From positions 62,001 to 126,000 of the forward strand of contig PPNB01000010.1 in assembly GCA_003707115.1 (NCBI GenBank): 64,000 bases of DNA. Direction: 5' to 3'. The number at the start of each line of letters is the position of its first letter. The stretch's first letter is position 1. The translations under genes and the position numbers were made by a program. Positions 62,512 to 64,000 of the stretch are shown here, one piece after another. The stretch comes from Tortispora ganteri. Lineage: Eukaryota. The notes under the pieces are model-generated. The model did no database searches, was not told the origin of the DNA, and saw only the letters and a list, made by a program, of their open reading frames with translations.

Positions 62512-64000
62512 ATGAAAGCTGCAGTTACACCAAAAGCCGATGAAACGGTGAACAGCAAGTCATCGGCTCCTTCTGTTACCGTTCATGAGGATTCCAGCAC
62601 TACACCTTCCACAACTATAGGTAGAGCTCCAGATGGTCGGGTCTTCGAGGTACCAAAAACTAACGACATGATATCCTCGCTATTTAACCCCTTTGTCAAA
62701 CATACACTCGTTGACTGGATTGTGCTAGCTTTCTTGGGCTCATACTTTGCTATATATTTCCTACTGAGTGGTGCTGTGCGACAGTACACTATCCTCGCGC
62801 TTTTCGCTTTCTGGAGACTCAGCTACAACGCTGGTATAGGCTATCTCCTCCACGTGCAATCAAAAAATGCAAGGCTCGTCAAATGGGCTAGAGACCTGGG
62901 CGTCTTTGACGACAAAACAGCGATTCATAAGCTTGTCAAACATGAACTCACCGCTAAAATGGGAAGCGACTACAAGTTCGAAAACGTACCCGATGAGTTC
63001 AACACTTGGCTAATATTTCGTATACTGGTGGATCTCATTCTATGTTCGGATTTTACTACTTATTTTCTGTTTGGTCTAACATGCTATAATGCACTCGATT
63101 CTCCTGTGTATTTAGTCCTCTTCCGTTGGTTAATAGGCATCGGCCTCCTAGTATTCAACCTCTGGGTCAAAGTAGATGCACACAGAGTAGTCAAGGATTA
63201 TGCGTGGTACTGGGGTGACTTCTTCTTCTTGGAAGATCTTGAACTGACTTTTGATGGTGTCTTTGAAATGGCCCCTCACCCTATGTACTCTGTAGGCTAT
63301 GCAGGCTATTATGGAGGTTGTATCATTACTGCTTCCTATAAACTCCTCTTCGCTTCCTTGTTGGCACATGCCGCTCAATTCGTTTTCTTGACTCTGGTTG
63401 AAAATCCTCATATTGAGAAGACATACAACCCTTCTCCTCCCCATAAACGTCTTAATTCCGTGGCAAATCTGGATAGTAGTGTCGCAAAATCTTCCTCAGC
63501 TTCTCTTAATACTGAAAACGACCTAGTTTCTGATTTATCAGATGATTCAGATGCTTTCCCCGCTATGGTAGCTTTCTTCAATTTTCACGTTTATAGAGTT
63601 TCAGATGTCCTTACTATGCTTTTAGCTCTCTATTCACTTTTTCCACTTCTGCTCCCCAGCCGTCGAATATACGATTATTTTGCAGCCAGTCTCAGCCTAT
63701 CATGGATACTGTTTAACTGTATCGGTTTGGGTATTATCTTACGCAAACAGAGTGAACACCAGTCTTGGACTAAACTCTTTGTCAAGTACGGCCGCACTCC
63801 TGTCCAAGCTTTCGAGGATTGGAAGTCAGTTTACAACCTCTGCAACGTTCTCACCTACACAAGTTTTGTAGTGGTGGTGTTGCGTGAATTGGACTGGCCA
63901 CCGCGAACTGATAACGGTTTTAGATACGTATCTGGCCTTATGCTGATTGCACTTCACCTATGGGTAAGTACCTCCATTTATGATTCACTGGGACAGTTTG
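62512..64000 (+). CDS. CHO2: Phosphatidylethanolamine N-methyltransferase Cho2 (5' part, runs off the window)
   Basis: Manual translation from ATG 62512 gives GRAPDGRVFEVPKTNDMISSLFNP...FWRLSYNAGIG...EFNTWLIFR...WVKVDAHRVVKDYAWYWGDFFF...FDGVFEMAPHPMYSVGY. It is absent from the ORF track because no stop lies within the window. Confidence 0.93.
   Translation, partial: MKAAVTPKADETVNSKSSAPSVTVHEDSSTTPSTTIGRAPDGRVFEVPKTNDMISSLFNPFVKHTLVDWIVLAFLGSYFAIYFLLSGAVRQYTILALFAFWRLSYNAGIGYLLHVQSKNARLVKWARDLGVFDDKTAIHKLVKHELTAKMGSDYKFENVPDEFNTWLIFRILVDLILCSDFTTYFLFGLTCYNALDSPVYLVLFRWLIGIGLLVFNLWVKVDAHRVVKDYAWYWGDFFFLEDLELTFDGVFEMAPHPMYSVGYAGYYGGCIITASYKLLFASLLAHAAQFVFLTLVENPHIEKTYNPSPPHKRLNSVANLDSSVAKSSSASLNTENDLVSDLSDDSDAFPAMVAFFNFHVYRVSDVLTMLLALYSLFPLLLPSRRIYDYFAASLSLSWILFNCIGLGIILRKQSEHQSWTKLFVKYGRTPVQAFEDWKSVYNLCNVLTYTSFVVVVLRELDWPPRTDNGFRYVSGLMLIALHLWVSTSIYDSLGQF

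Noticed and set aside
1305..63871. Numerous 60-230 aa ORFs antisense to or nested in the called genes
   Set aside because: They are shadow ORFs of real coding regions with no independent motifs.

Overview
Gene-dense, intron-poor fungal chromosomal DNA, most consistent with an early-diverging budding yeast (Saccharomycotina). The splice signals are yeast-type (GTATGT/GTAAGT donors, branch points close to the 3' AG), and CTG reads as Leu at a conserved Yra1 position. The window retains genes absent from S. cerevisiae (IMA1, eIF3h, GT90, DUF3445, a C2H2+Zn2Cys6 TF). About 35 protein-coding genes can be called: APP1, spliced YRA1, three tandem CAP10/GT90 glycosyltransferases, ADP1, a spliced AIG2/GGCT-like gene, a repeat-rich GPI wall protein, IMA1, HLJ1, YVH1, VFA1, ARO2, a SAK1-type kinase, an RRM-less Rna15/CstF-64-like gene, AIM21-like, spliced NTF2, two Zn-cluster TFs, eIF3h, TIM54, a C2H2 protein, TVP18, ACH1, DUF3445, HOM6, ERG13, MSC1/Ish1, MCM10, RNH202, REX2, PHO4-like and the 5' part of CHO2. 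No tRNA, rRNA, CRISPR array or intact transposon was seen. The strongest hidden signal is YRA1, which the ORF track misses. It has four exons, a 30-nt microexon and two long introns full of nested inverted repeats whose G-U wobbles mostly favour the transcribed strand. All three branch points read AACTAAC. A candidate 21-nt stop-codon ('poison') exon is buried in a hairpin capped by an AGUU tetraloop, suggesting an RNA-structure-based autoregulatory splicing system. Other highlights are a ~410-bp diverged direct repeat carrying an aldehyde-dehydrogenase-like relic, the RRM-less CstF-64-like gene and a stop/start-overlapping uORF before CHO2. All protein identities come from recognising motifs by eye; no database searches were run.
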